From contig MU056050.1 in assembly GCA_013239625.1 (NCBI GenBank), forward strand, positions 1,040,084 to 1,104,083: a DNA stretch of 64,000 bases, written 5' to 3'. The position numbers and the translations under genes are program-made. Below the pieces are notes generated by a model. That model was given only the letters and a program-made list of their open reading frames with translations, was not told where the DNA came from and made no database searches. The stretch comes from Lama guanicoe. Taxonomy: Eukaryota. Below, piece by piece: positions 52,466 through 63,515 of the stretch (its first letter is position 1; every line of letters begins with the position of its first letter).

Positions 52466-55400
52466 CCAGTGTGGAGACTGACAAGGTACGACCAGAATTT
52501 CTAGGGCCTGAGGCTGGAAATGAGTACATTCAAAGGACATTTATAAATCAGTGAATCTAAATGGATCTTGCAGTGGGGACTGGGAGAAAGATTTTTTTGT
52601 CATCCATTAAATAGTGCCAGTGGTTGTGTATTTAGAGTCCACATGTATTGTGACATGTCTGCTTGCAGAACTATTTTTGGAAGTAGTGTACCATGTTTCA
52701 GTCTGTGTTGTATCAGTTGGTCTTATACACAAATACACACAGACGTTCACCTATACACTACTCCTGTCTAAGAGAGCTCCAGATCCCAGAAAGTAAGGGG
52801 CAGCTTATTTAATTTTGAATTGTTGCTGAGTTTTGACCCAATATGTTTAACTACCCTGTACAAATAGCATTGAGACTAGTCATACCTTTCCTTTTATTAG
52901 AATATTTATATAGCATAGAGGAATGATACCCCTGAGGCAAGCAGCTTGGGAGAATGTCAGATTAACTGAGGGCCTCAATTCGTTAAAAATGCATATTTAT
53001 ATCAAACAGGTGCATGTGTGTATGTTGAGTGTATGATAATACACATAAACATTTTCTGTTTTTTATATGTTTATAGATCCATATTTATTGTGTATTCAAG
53101 CAATGGAAAAATGCTATATATTCCCTTCATTTAATATACATCACCATTACACAGTGTATGCTTGAAAGCTTTTAGGGGAATTGTATGTATGACATAGTGC
53201 ACTTGTAGAAATCTGCCATTTTGTAAATGGTCACGAGCATTCAAATTGAACTCTATCAAATCAGAGGGTGGAAGTGCAAGGAAATTTCAATTTGTATTTA
53301 TTTGTATTTTTGTTATTTGAGTATTTCACTAAGTGCTTATTTTACTTTTGCAATCAGAAAAAAAATGCAATTTAAAAAAGACAGTTGTCAAGTTGCTTCT
53401 GCCCTGTGTAAAAATAATAAAACAGCGAGCCTGTTAGTGTGCTATCATGTAGCTTAAGACAGCTTTGCTAGATTCCTTTGAAAGGTAATGAAATTCGTTT
53501 CCATTCGACTCCGTATCTTCTGGTAAATGACACCATGCACACATATTCAAATTTGTGAAAATGGAGATTATAAAGTCTATAAGAGTTTAAGAATTAAATA
53601 TATGAATAAATCTGAATAAGAGTTGAGTCACTGGTGATTGCACCAATATAAATTTCCTTGGAAATCCACTGAGGCAGCTATACATAACCAGAGCAAACTG
53701 GAAAATCAGAACCATTGTCATCTATCTACCTTACTGTGTGAAGCGTTGATCTTCACAGTGTTTTGGCCATTTTTTCATAGTTGTCATCTTACTTGCTTTC
53801 CTTTTACTGGTGTACTCATGGCCACATTAACACTTCACTTGCCCCCCCGCCCCGATCAGCCTTCTATTGCCTTTGTCAAAAGGCGGCATTCTTTTTAACT
53901 TTCAGAATTAAAAATAAAATACACTAATTTAATATAGTGATCTGTGTCATCCATTTAAACTGTGGCCTTTGGAATATAAATAATAGCAGCTGGGCGCTAA
54001 CTCATGAAGCAGTCTAGTGACTGATTATAAGAATCTTTGCCCTGGTGGGAAGAGCGAGCAGTGTTGTGGTGAGACTGAATGCTGGAGAGTATGGAATACA
54101 TTGGGATGGGGAGAGTTGTAGCGCATCTGTCAAATCACACTCTTCTTGAAATTACTCGTATCACTTAAACCAAAGCAGATTTCTCAATAATATCATCTAT
54201 GATTTGTTTATTCATGAAAAATGACATTTCCTGTTCATACAAGAGGGAAAATGCTACTTTGGCTCTTCAAAGTAATCCAAGGACTCTTTGTGTTTAAAGT
54301 GTCCCAAGAGGAAGAAGTACATTTTGATGAGTCAGTGTAAATGAATCAGAAACATATGAGCATGAACTTCCTTTCATTTTGAGACACAGGAAGGATTCTA
54401 AACGTTCCAAATAGAATATTGAAAATTTAATGATAGCGTATCAAGATTAATTCAGGGCATTTGGTCTGAAGCTCAGAAAGTTTGAACTGAAAACAAGGTC
54501 AGCTCTCTGTAGTCAGAGATGCGTTTGTTGTATTAGCTGGTGAACAGATGAAATCCATTACAGTTTGATTTTCCAGGGTTTTTATTTTCTTCCATCATTA
54601 ATTTGGTACTGTTTTCTGCCTCATAATTTATTCAGTTCACCTGCTCAGTGGCCATTTGGTAAGGGAAACAGAAGCCTACATAATGATAAATGAATGTCTT
54701 GTTATTTTATATTAACCCAGTATTTACCTCTAGCTTGGCAAGGACTTGAAATAACTAGGATATTTATTGGATTATCTGTAGTTTTTTATTTTCTGTACCA
54801 GAGCTCCCCATCATTACTGCAGATAATCAGTACCTTGAATGATCTGTAATTGTATTCTTCCTCTTCCATCACTTTGTTGTTATTTTGAGTCTTAACAGCT
54901 TTGGAAGCAGATGTGGTCATTCCTTAAAGTTATGTAAATTATTCTCTGTACATCTGTAGTAAAATGTGATTCTAGGATTTGAGAATGTGCTTCTCTGGAA
55001 GAAAAGAAAGGTTTATTTTTCTTTTGCTCAGCAGGAAATGTTAGTATCTGCCAGCCAAACATTTCTCCTTGCTGTGTGCAGAATTCTCAGGTTCATTAAA
55101 CAATTTGTAACCTCAACCCACAATCCAAGCTGAAGAAATGTTGGTCATTTTATGCGATGGAACCCACTGATAGGGCCTCTCTTAATGAGAATTTAGTTGG
55201 AGGGGAGTTGACAGGAACTAAAGAGATGTTGAGTAGTATTTCTTTGTGTTTTCTCAACAGCTGAGGTCTGAGTACAAAGCTTGGAGGAGAGAAAATAAAG
55301 CCTGTCTGTTGGGACAGAAGTTACATAAGAATGATCTTAGGCAAGATTCCTAGAGAGATAATCTTCTTTGTTAAGATTTCCTGAAAATGCTGAGGTCATG

Positions 55401-55703
55401 GGTGATGTACTTTAGGACAATATCAAGACACTAGAAAAGTGTCAACAAAGTGCAAATCTTGCTGTGGAAAACTCTTTCTTACTCTAATAGGCTTATTGTG
55501 TTTGCTTTTCAAAAAAAAAAAAGCTTTAAAGAAGAAAATAACCTGACTTTGATTCTCAAAGAGCATCAAAAACTCCTGAACGAAGGTGTAATTCATGATT
55601 GCAGATTAGACAGTCTTTAATGTCAGTTTTGGTCAGATGCGATCACAGTAAATTACTAAATAGCAATAAGGCAGTATCACTATTGCTGTGAACAAAATCA
55701 AAC

Positions 55704-56060
55704 TTTTAAAAAATGGATGTAGAATTGACATATAATATTATATTAGTTTCAGGTGTACAAAGTAATGATTCATTTTTTTCATGTTGTGAAATGATCACCA
55801 CAATTGTTTAGTTAATATCCGTCATCTTAAATAGTACCAAATTTTTTTTCTCATGATGAGAACTTCTAAGATCTACTTCCTTAGCAACTTTCAGATATGC
55901 AATACAGCATTTAACTGTGGTCACCATACTGCACATTACACCCCCATGACTTACTTCTTTTATAACTGGAAGTTTATGACTTTTGACCCCCTTCATCCAT
56001 TTTGGCCACCTCCTACCCCCTGCCTTTGGCAACCACCAATCTGTTCTTTGCATCTACGAT
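55704..56060 (-). mobile_element. L1 3' UTR end (L1MA9-like/laurasiatherian)
   Basis: gaattgacatataatattatattagtttcaggtgtaca...gagaacttctaagatctacttccttagcaactttcag...ggcaaccaccaatctgttct. Confidence 0.85.
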
Positions 56061-56239
56061 CTCAGAAGAAACCAAACATTTGTTGGTGATGACTGAAGTC
56101 ACCAATAACAAAGAGGAAGGAGCAAGCAGCAGATATCCAGAGTAATACATTCTGTATGAAGGAGTGTGTGTATATGTGTTTGGATGCCTATGTATGTTAT
56201 TTATTGAAGAGTAGACTCTCCAGCACTGTTTTCTCCTTC

Positions 56240-56755
56240 TAGGTTGAAGCCTAAAGAAATAGCAGAAATGATGTAAATTAACAGAAGCTGGGAATATGGG
56301 AATGAGTTCAGGACAGATGGAACAGTATATGCCAAATACTAGAGATGGAAGAGAACATGATACTTAAGGAACTAAAAGGAATTCAATAAAACAGGAACAT
56401 ATAATGCACTGACATGAATGGGAGATATGAGCCTCTGAGAGAAATAGAGACCAGATCTAAAGGATCTTTTATAAACCAGTTTGTGAGTTTGAGCCTTATA
56501 CTAAGGGTAATGGGAAATAATTGAAAGTTCAGGAAAGGGACATGATCAAATTCATGTTTTATAAAGCTCATCTGCCTGTAATGTAGAAAATGAATTTGAG
56601 GGCTCAAAAAGGGGAGGTAGGGAAACTATTTTCGAGGCTGTTGGAATACTTAAGGTAAGAGAGTAATAAGGAATAACTAAAAGAAAATAAATGCAGTAGT
56701 AAATTAAATTATTCAGTGACTGTTGGAGAGTGAGCAATGATTCAGGGGACAAGGA
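56240..56755 (-). mobile_element. L2 fragment
   Basis: ggaacagtatatgccaaatactagagatgg...gggtaatgggaaataattgaaag...acatgatcaaattcatgtttt. Confidence 0.8.
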
Positions 56756-56959
56756 AATTGAAATGTTTTAATAATAGTGAAAATGAGGTGGCAGTGATGA
56801 TTATTATGTATAGTACTCTAAAGTTACAAGTACCTTTCAAAACTGCTGTCTAATGTAAACCTTTTTAATAGCTTCCTAAGTTAGGTGCATATATTATGAT
56901 TATCATTTATCTGATGCAAATGAATGAATAGAAGTTTGTAGAACTTCTATGAATGTTTA

Positions 56960-57440
56960 ATGTCATAATTGCCACGAATTGTGAAAGCTAACTAATTAGT
57001 CTAACAGTTTTCTTGGAGGCTGGAAGAAAATGTAAAATTCCTGGGTCAGAGACAAAGGACTTTATTATTCCTGGTGCCGCAGGCAGCACGATCACAGGTA
57101 CATCTGTCCCCATTGCCCTTCAGTCACCGTGAGAGTCATGTGAAATGGCTCACAGGGCTGATGCTCATGTAATGAGTGTACTTCACAGCTGAGAAGACTC
57201 ACACTTAGGAAACCCCAATATTTTAAACTCCCCACCATTTGCACTGGAAGAAGACATTATTAGTATAATCCTGAATACAGACAACTCTATCCTTTGCCTT
57301 GGAAGAAGACACTATGTCCATATTCCAAAGTTGTTTGCTGTACAAACAATCTTGGGAAGATAATTGGAACAAAAGCTCTCAATGCTTCTGATTAGAAAAT
57401 ATGCAGACTTGTAAGAAACACATGGATAACTGTCTGAAAT
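56960..57440 (-). mobile_element. ERVL solo LTR (MER54/73/74-like)
   Basis: ttcctgggtcagagacaaaggactttattattc...gcaggcagca motif. Confidence 0.65.
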
Positions 57441-58064
57441 AGTAATCCTTGCCCTTGGGGGTCAAAACCCTTGCATGTCTTACATTCCTGTACTTATATG
57501 GAATTTATAATTTTATGAGCACATTCACAACATTGAATTGTTGAAACTTTATAAAAAGACCGGTTGGTGATGAAGTCTAGAGATTTTTGCTCGTGGCTAT
57601 ATGATTGTAGAATAGAGGAAGTTGCCACAGAAATATTCTCGTATTTTTTCTTGCTCTAGCATTTAGGAGATTTCAATTATTGTTACTGTCTGGATTTAGA
57701 GGAATGGAAACTAAAGGAGCATGGCTGAATGGTTGTTTATTTATTAGACTTTCTAAATTGCTCCTTCATGGTGATTGGAACTGCAGGAGAATGTAAGTGC
57801 TACCAGAACCATTCAATGTGAAAAGAAATGACAGGAGCTATGAGGAGCGAGAGAAATGCTTAACTGCTGGAATCTCAACAAATAATAAAACTACACTGGA
57901 TGTATACCTCAATGTTTTGGGAGTCAGTATCAAACGTAGCCAGTGTTTGGGTTACATACAGCAAGAAAAAAACACCATTTCTATTGTCGAGAGAAAAGCA
58001 GCAGACTTTTGTAAAGTGCTTGGAAAACTCCAAATATAAGTAAAGTCGAGGAAACAAGGAAGGA

Positions 58065-58285
58065 AGGAACCATGAATTACTCATCACTTTCCATGTGCCA
58101 TCTACTTGTGTTTAATTCTCATGGCAACTCTATGAAATCATTATTCCCATTTTAAAGATGAGGAATATGGATTTGGGGAAAACTAACATTTGCTTAAAAT
58201 GGTATAGTTGTTAAGTGACCAGTCTATATTTGAGTTTAGGCATAGCTCTGAATGCTTGTGTTCATTTTGTGCTACCACACTACCT
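58065..58285 (-). mobile_element. MIR SINE
   Basis: tttaattctcatggcaactctatgaa...attattcccattttaaagatgaggaa. Confidence 0.8.
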
Positions 58286-60278
58286 ATGTATAAATTCTTA
58301 TAATTTTGTAGGATAATTAGGATTACTATTTCCCAGAAGTACTTGGAGACTTTTAATGAAATACGTTGATATATCCATACCAGGATATTATCCTTTGTGG
58401 GGGTGGAACTTAAAAATGTAAATAAAAACAGGAAGATAGATCAGACAGAAAAGCAGTGGCTATGATAGGTTGGGGTGAGAAGGAGCAAAATCATCAATGA
58501 CTGTTTCTTAAAGAGTGGAATGCCTTCTAGACACAACCAATGTGTATGTGTATTAGCTAGTCCAATACAAGAAGATATATAAATCCTATGTGCTCAATTT
58601 TATCTAAAAAAATGTTTTCGTAATGGACATAGTTGAATCTTCTGGACTACTCAATCAAATCAACTGTCCAGAGATTGTTTCATTACTCAAACAATTCATT
58701 ACAGTAGTTGAAAAAAATCTTATTGCCTGCACTTTCTGTAAGAAATTGGTCAATTCAGTTGTAGGGTTCAGTGAATCTGATTGAGTCCTATGGACAAATT
58801 AATAAATTAAAGTAGTGATTTAACAGGATTTTTCCCCTTTTCAGGCACTTGGGGCTGGCTTCCTGTAGAGACAGCTTTATTCATAAAAGCCTTAAGTGGC
58901 AGATACTGCTTTTTTCATTCCTCCCTCAGGTCTTTAGTACGGTGTGTGTCATTTTAAGGTACTACAACAAGAAGCAGTAATATATCTGTTTTTTGATGTT
59001 AATTGGCCAGCAGTGCTGATGCTTACAGTATTGCCTTGCCTGCCTGGAGTTACTCATGTGTATGATCCAGCTTAGACTCTGAAAAGTAATCTCAGCACAT
59101 TCCCAAGAAAATGGAAATGTCTAGAACGAAATGTGTTACTGGGAATGGAGTCCAAGGTCACAAACAATCTGGATTCAGTATCTGAAGAAAGGCTGTATAC
59201 AATCAATTACAATTAGAAAAAAGCTTAGCAATACACACTGGAAAATGATTTGGGAGAAGAGTGGAAAATTGATTATTTGTTTATGAATTTGAATAAACAT
59301 ATTTTCCACTTAGTGCCTTTAATCAGAATCCTTGAAGTGGAATTAATGGTGCTAAAATTTAAAAAATGGATTAAAAATACTTTAAGCAGTATAAATTAAC
59401 CTGTGAGACTCATAAATACAGTTTAAGGCAAATAAGAATTAAAAATCCTGAAAAGTGCAATATATTGATTAGAGAAAACTTGGAATTGTGCTTTTAAAAA
59501 ATCTCCCTTAAGTAACATATGATGTCTGAGTGATATTCCCCATGCCTCCATGCAATTGGCATATTATATGGGATTAACTATGTTGCTAGTAATAAGGTCT
59601 TGACTTTCTTCCAAGAAAATGACAACTTTTAATTGATGCTGAGGATTCTACAATGTACTATTTTGGGGAGACTTGGGAAATGCCAGTCTGATGGCAGAAT
59701 TTGTTTTTTTTTTATCAGGAATTAGGGGTTGTACAGGTAAAAATTTGGGGATGGGGAGCTATTACCCCTTCCCTCAATAGGAAAAATTAAAAAAACAACA
59801 ACAAGGTTTTTATTTCAAGTAAATGCCAGATTGTCTTCTTAGCTAATTGTACCCGATGACTAGCTAACAAGGAAGTGACTCTTCTGTATTGACTCTTCAG
59901 ATTTTTCCCTCCTTTCTCCCTCCTTTTATCTCCCCTTACCTTCACCAGAAAAAATTTATGAGGCCTCTCCTCTGTGTCAGATATTTTTGCTAACCTCCAG
60001 TGATTTAATGGTAAACAAGGGCATGATGCATGCCCTCGTGGAGCTTATAGTGTAATGGAGAATATAGACCAGTAAATAAATTCAAATACATTCTGATAAA
60101 TGCTAAGATAGAAGTTCAGCGTAGTATGTAACTAGAGAGGAAAAGGGTCTAAGTCAGCCTGGATTTCCGGGAAGGCTTCTTAGAGGGAGTTAACAGAGAT
60201 GAAACATGAAGGATAAGTAGTAGCTAGCCAAGAGAAGAAAGGAAGAATGAATGTGATTTTGTAAAAAAACACAATATG

Positions 60279-61415
60279 GAGAGAAGCAAGGTGGCGGAGT
60301 AGAAGGACACTTGTAGCTCACTCTCTCCCACAAATATACCAAAAGTCACATCTACGGACCCACTCAACCAACCAGAGCAACTGCCGAATTCCGACAGAAC
60401 ATTGCTGTCTTTGAAAGACAAAGATGCCAAAAATCTGGTAGGAGAAAAGGAAAAAAGAAAGAAGAAAAAGCAAAACAGTGCAGGACCAGTCCCACGGGGA
60501 GGGAGCAGCAAAGGAGGACTGGCGCTCGTTTGCTGGGTCTCCCCCCTCCAACGGAGAGGACAGTGGGATGGAGGAGGAGCCTCTGAGGCTCCGATCTGTA
60601 CAGAGCAGCCCTTGACCAACAGAAGTAAGTTAAACGGGCACAAAGGGTCCCCGCAACACCCAGCCCAAGATACAAGCCAGCAGCTAGGGGCTGGGCCAGG
60701 CTGAGCTGGGCGGAGGACAGGGGTAGCTGAACTGAGGCAGCCCCGGGGGTCTGCGGGGGGGTGCATGCTGTGGCTGGGAGGGGATACAGAGCAGGATAAC
60801 CTCGGTCCCGCATAAATTACGGGGAAAAAAAGCAAAGCAACACTGCTGGTGTGCCCTGGGGGGAGGGGCACCATAGCCTTTGTCTCCTCAGATCCAGGGC
60901 ACCATTACTGGCTCTTCTTGGGAGAAGAGAGGTGGGGCGCAGACACAGCCACCATCTCCTCGTGTGCACAATGCCCAGGCGGGGCGGGGCCAAGACCTGA
61001 ATCCACACCCAGGGACTCCGCAACCTCCTAGGCAGGACTGAGACTTGTTTACAGCCCGAGGCAGATAGGATCTTCTGCCCTGGTCCCTCAGAGAATTCAC
61101 GCTGCCAAGACAAACAAGGAACTGAGATTTGGCATGGAGCAGGGGTGAGGCTGTTCCGTGGTCTTCCCTGAGCCCACCTTCAGAGCACCGACCTGAGACG
61201 GAGCAGGCAGCTGCACAGAGCAGCTGAGCGACCGGTGCCAGAAGAGGGTGGGGGGCCACCCGCCTTCCTGGCAGGAACGCAGCACTTGACCGTGGTGCTG
61301 AGAGAGGGTGCAATGTGCCCACCTGCCTCACCCAAGTGCAGCATCTGACTGTGGCATCTGGAGGGGGCGTGACCCACCCACCTACCAGCCACAGTACCAG
61401 AGAGATGTGAGCAAT
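60279..61415 (+). promoter_or_regulatory. L1 5' UTR / internal promoter (GC- and CpG-enriched)
   Basis: Starts gagagaagcaaggtggcggagtag (variant of YY1-type caagatggcgg); sharp GC rise against the AT-rich flanks. Confidence 0.75.
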
Positions 61416-61496
61416 ATGAAGAAGCAGAGGAACCACTCCCAATTAAAAGAGCAAGAGAAATCCCCAGAAAGCATGATGAACATAATAGACATTGAT

Positions 61497-62180
61497 TGTC
61501 GGAGCCAGCCGACAATCGATCAGGTCCAGAAACCTGTGCTGCAGGACTGAGAAAAGAAAGACAAGACTAAAAGGTGGGGTTGAGAGGGTCTCACTCTAGC
61601 CCGCAAGACGCTAGGTCAAGAGTGGACATCGAGTTTATTTCAGGCAGTTAATTTATACAAATTCAAGTGACTACCTTGTGCATTCTTGCACGTAGGCACA
61701 GGTATTGTTTTTCAGGGTACATTAATGGTGTGCACTAAAATCATTATCATTGTTTACTGTTCCGTACACCAAGATTGACTGATCCCCAAAAGCTAAGATC
61801 ATAGACTAAGATTATTGTTCCTTTAGGCTAACATCATGCCTCGTGTATCATTAGCTCAAGTGATTGTTCTTTCAGGCAAAGATCACTAACTTGTGGCCGA
61901 TTGTATCTCTCTTTCCAGAAGCCCTAGTTCTTAATAACTCAATGGCATTAAGATGTTTTTCCGACTCCAAATGCACCTGCTGTTTTTCTAACAAAGGGGT
62001 GGCGGGACAGAGATTGTCTTAGCTCAATCAGCCTTAGAGCCTGACGCCCCGCACTCTGGGAGTTTAGGCCCAGTTTCTGTGCTCGGCAGTCCCAACCTCA
62101 GAGCATGGCGCCCCGCACTCTGGGAGTTTAGGCCCAGTTTCTGTGCTCGGCAGCCCTCAGGTCATGAGTGGCCCCCCGCA
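61497..62180 (-). mobile_element. ERVK/betaretrovirus-like solo LTR, 684 bp
   Basis: TG...CA ends; perfect TSD ATTGAT (61491-61496, 62181-62186); minus-strand TATAAA (61652-61657) followed closely by AATAAA (61634-61639). Confidence 0.88.
62045..62153. repeat. Perfect 45-bp direct repeat (period 64) in LTR U3
   Basis: cgccccgcactctgggagtttaggcccagtttctgtgctcggcag at 62045-62089 and 62109-62153. Confidence 0.95.
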
Positions 62181-63146
62181 ATTGATGGCCTACTAGATCA
62201 AGATTTCAGAAAAGGACTGATCAAAGTACTGAAGGAACTAAAAGAAATAGTGTTTAGAGATATAAAATATGTCAAAAATGAAATAGAAGCTATAAAGAAG
62301 AACCAAGTAGAATTAGTAAACTCATTTGCTGAGATGAGAGCTGACCTAAAGGCTGTACAAAGCAGGCTAGATAATGCAGAGGAACAAATAAGTGACCTAG
62401 AAGACAGGACAACAGAAAGCATCCAATCAGAACAGCTGAGAGAAAAACAAATAAAAAACAATGAAAACAAGATAAGGAACCTATGGGATAATATAAAGCG
62501 TGCCAATCTATGCATAATAGGGGTTCCAGAAGGGGAAGAAAGAACAAAGGGGATTGAAAAGGTATATGAAGAAATCATGACTGAAAACTTCCCAAACCTA
62601 AAGAAGGAATCACATATCCAAGTACAGGAGGCTCAGAGTGTCCCAAACAGGAAGAACCCAAACAGACTCACACCAAGACATATCATGATCAAGATTGCCA
62701 GAGTCAAGGATAAAGAAATGATCCTGAAGGCAGCAAGCGAGAAACAAAGAGTGAGTTACAAGGGAACCCCCATAAGGCTCTCAGCTGATTTCTCTTCACA
62801 AACACTACAGGCCAGAAGGGAGTGGCAATATATATTCAAAGTCCTGCATGGAAAAAAAGATGCAGCCTAGGATACTCTATCCAGCAAGGCTATCCTTTAG
62901 AATAGAAGGAGAGATAAAGAACTTCACAGACAAGCAAAAACTAAAAGGGTTTAGCAACACTAAACCCATGCTAAAAGAAATATTGACAGTTCTACTCTAA
63001 ATAGAAAAGAAGCAGGATGCTACAAAAATGAAAAACTCATAACTGGAAAGGTGATAACTACCATGAATTACAAATAATAGAATAAACACAAAATTGTAAG
63101 AGAAGACATCTAAATCATTAAGAGTGGGAGAGGGAAGCAAAGAAAG

Positions 63147-63515
63147 CCACTGTGGAAAACAGTATAGAGATTCCTCAAAAGACTAGGAATAGACTTAACA
63201 TATGACCCAGGAATCCCACTCCTGGGCATATATCCAGAAGGAACCCTACTTCAAAATGACACCTGCACCCCAATGTTCATAGCAGCACTATTTACAATAG
63301 CCAAGACATGGAAGCAGCCTAAATGTCCATCAGCAGATGACTGGATAAAGAAGCTGTAGTATATTTATACAATGGAATACTATTCAGCCACAAAAATTGA
63401 CAACATAACGCCATTTGCAGCAACATAGATGTTCCTGGAGAATGTCACTGTAAGTGAAGTAAGCCAGAAAGAGAAAGAAAGATACCATATGAGATCACTC
63501 ATATGTGGAATCTGA
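63147..63515 (+). pseudogene. L1 ORF2p C-terminal remnant
   Basis: PLWKTV*RFLKRLGIDLTYDPGIPLLGIYP...CTPMFIAALFTIAKTWKQPKCPS...ICGI*. Confidence 0.92.

Larger units (their letters stand above)
61416..63000 (+). pseudogene. L1 ORF1p, disrupted by LTR insertion and a +1 frameshift at the A run 62852-62858
   Basis: MKKQRNHSQLKEQEKSPE...DID|GLLDQDFRKG...LWDNIKRANLCIIGVPEGEE...TPRHIMIK...YKGTPIRLSADFS...ARREW, then MQPRILYPARLSF...LKEILTVLL* in the shifted frame. Confidence 0.93.

Noticed and set aside
57797..58039. 80-aa protein-like ORF
   Set aside because: Non-ATG start, no convincing splice sites, no recognisable family.
60224..61515. Long antisense ORFs (up to 216 aa) as an ORF0 analogue
   Set aside because: Expected in GC-rich, stop-poor 5' UTR; overlapping frames are all open, no recognisable domain, and one runs into flanking L2.
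62045..62153. CRISPR-like repeat-spacer
   Set aside because: Only two units, inside a mammalian LTR, no cas genes.
62079..62870. 263-aa ORF as a host gene or LTR-ORF1 fusion protein
   Set aside because: It starts at GTG inside the antisense LTR, the first in-frame ATG is well inside ORF1, and the C-terminus is lost to a frameshift; it is a disrupted L1 ORF1.
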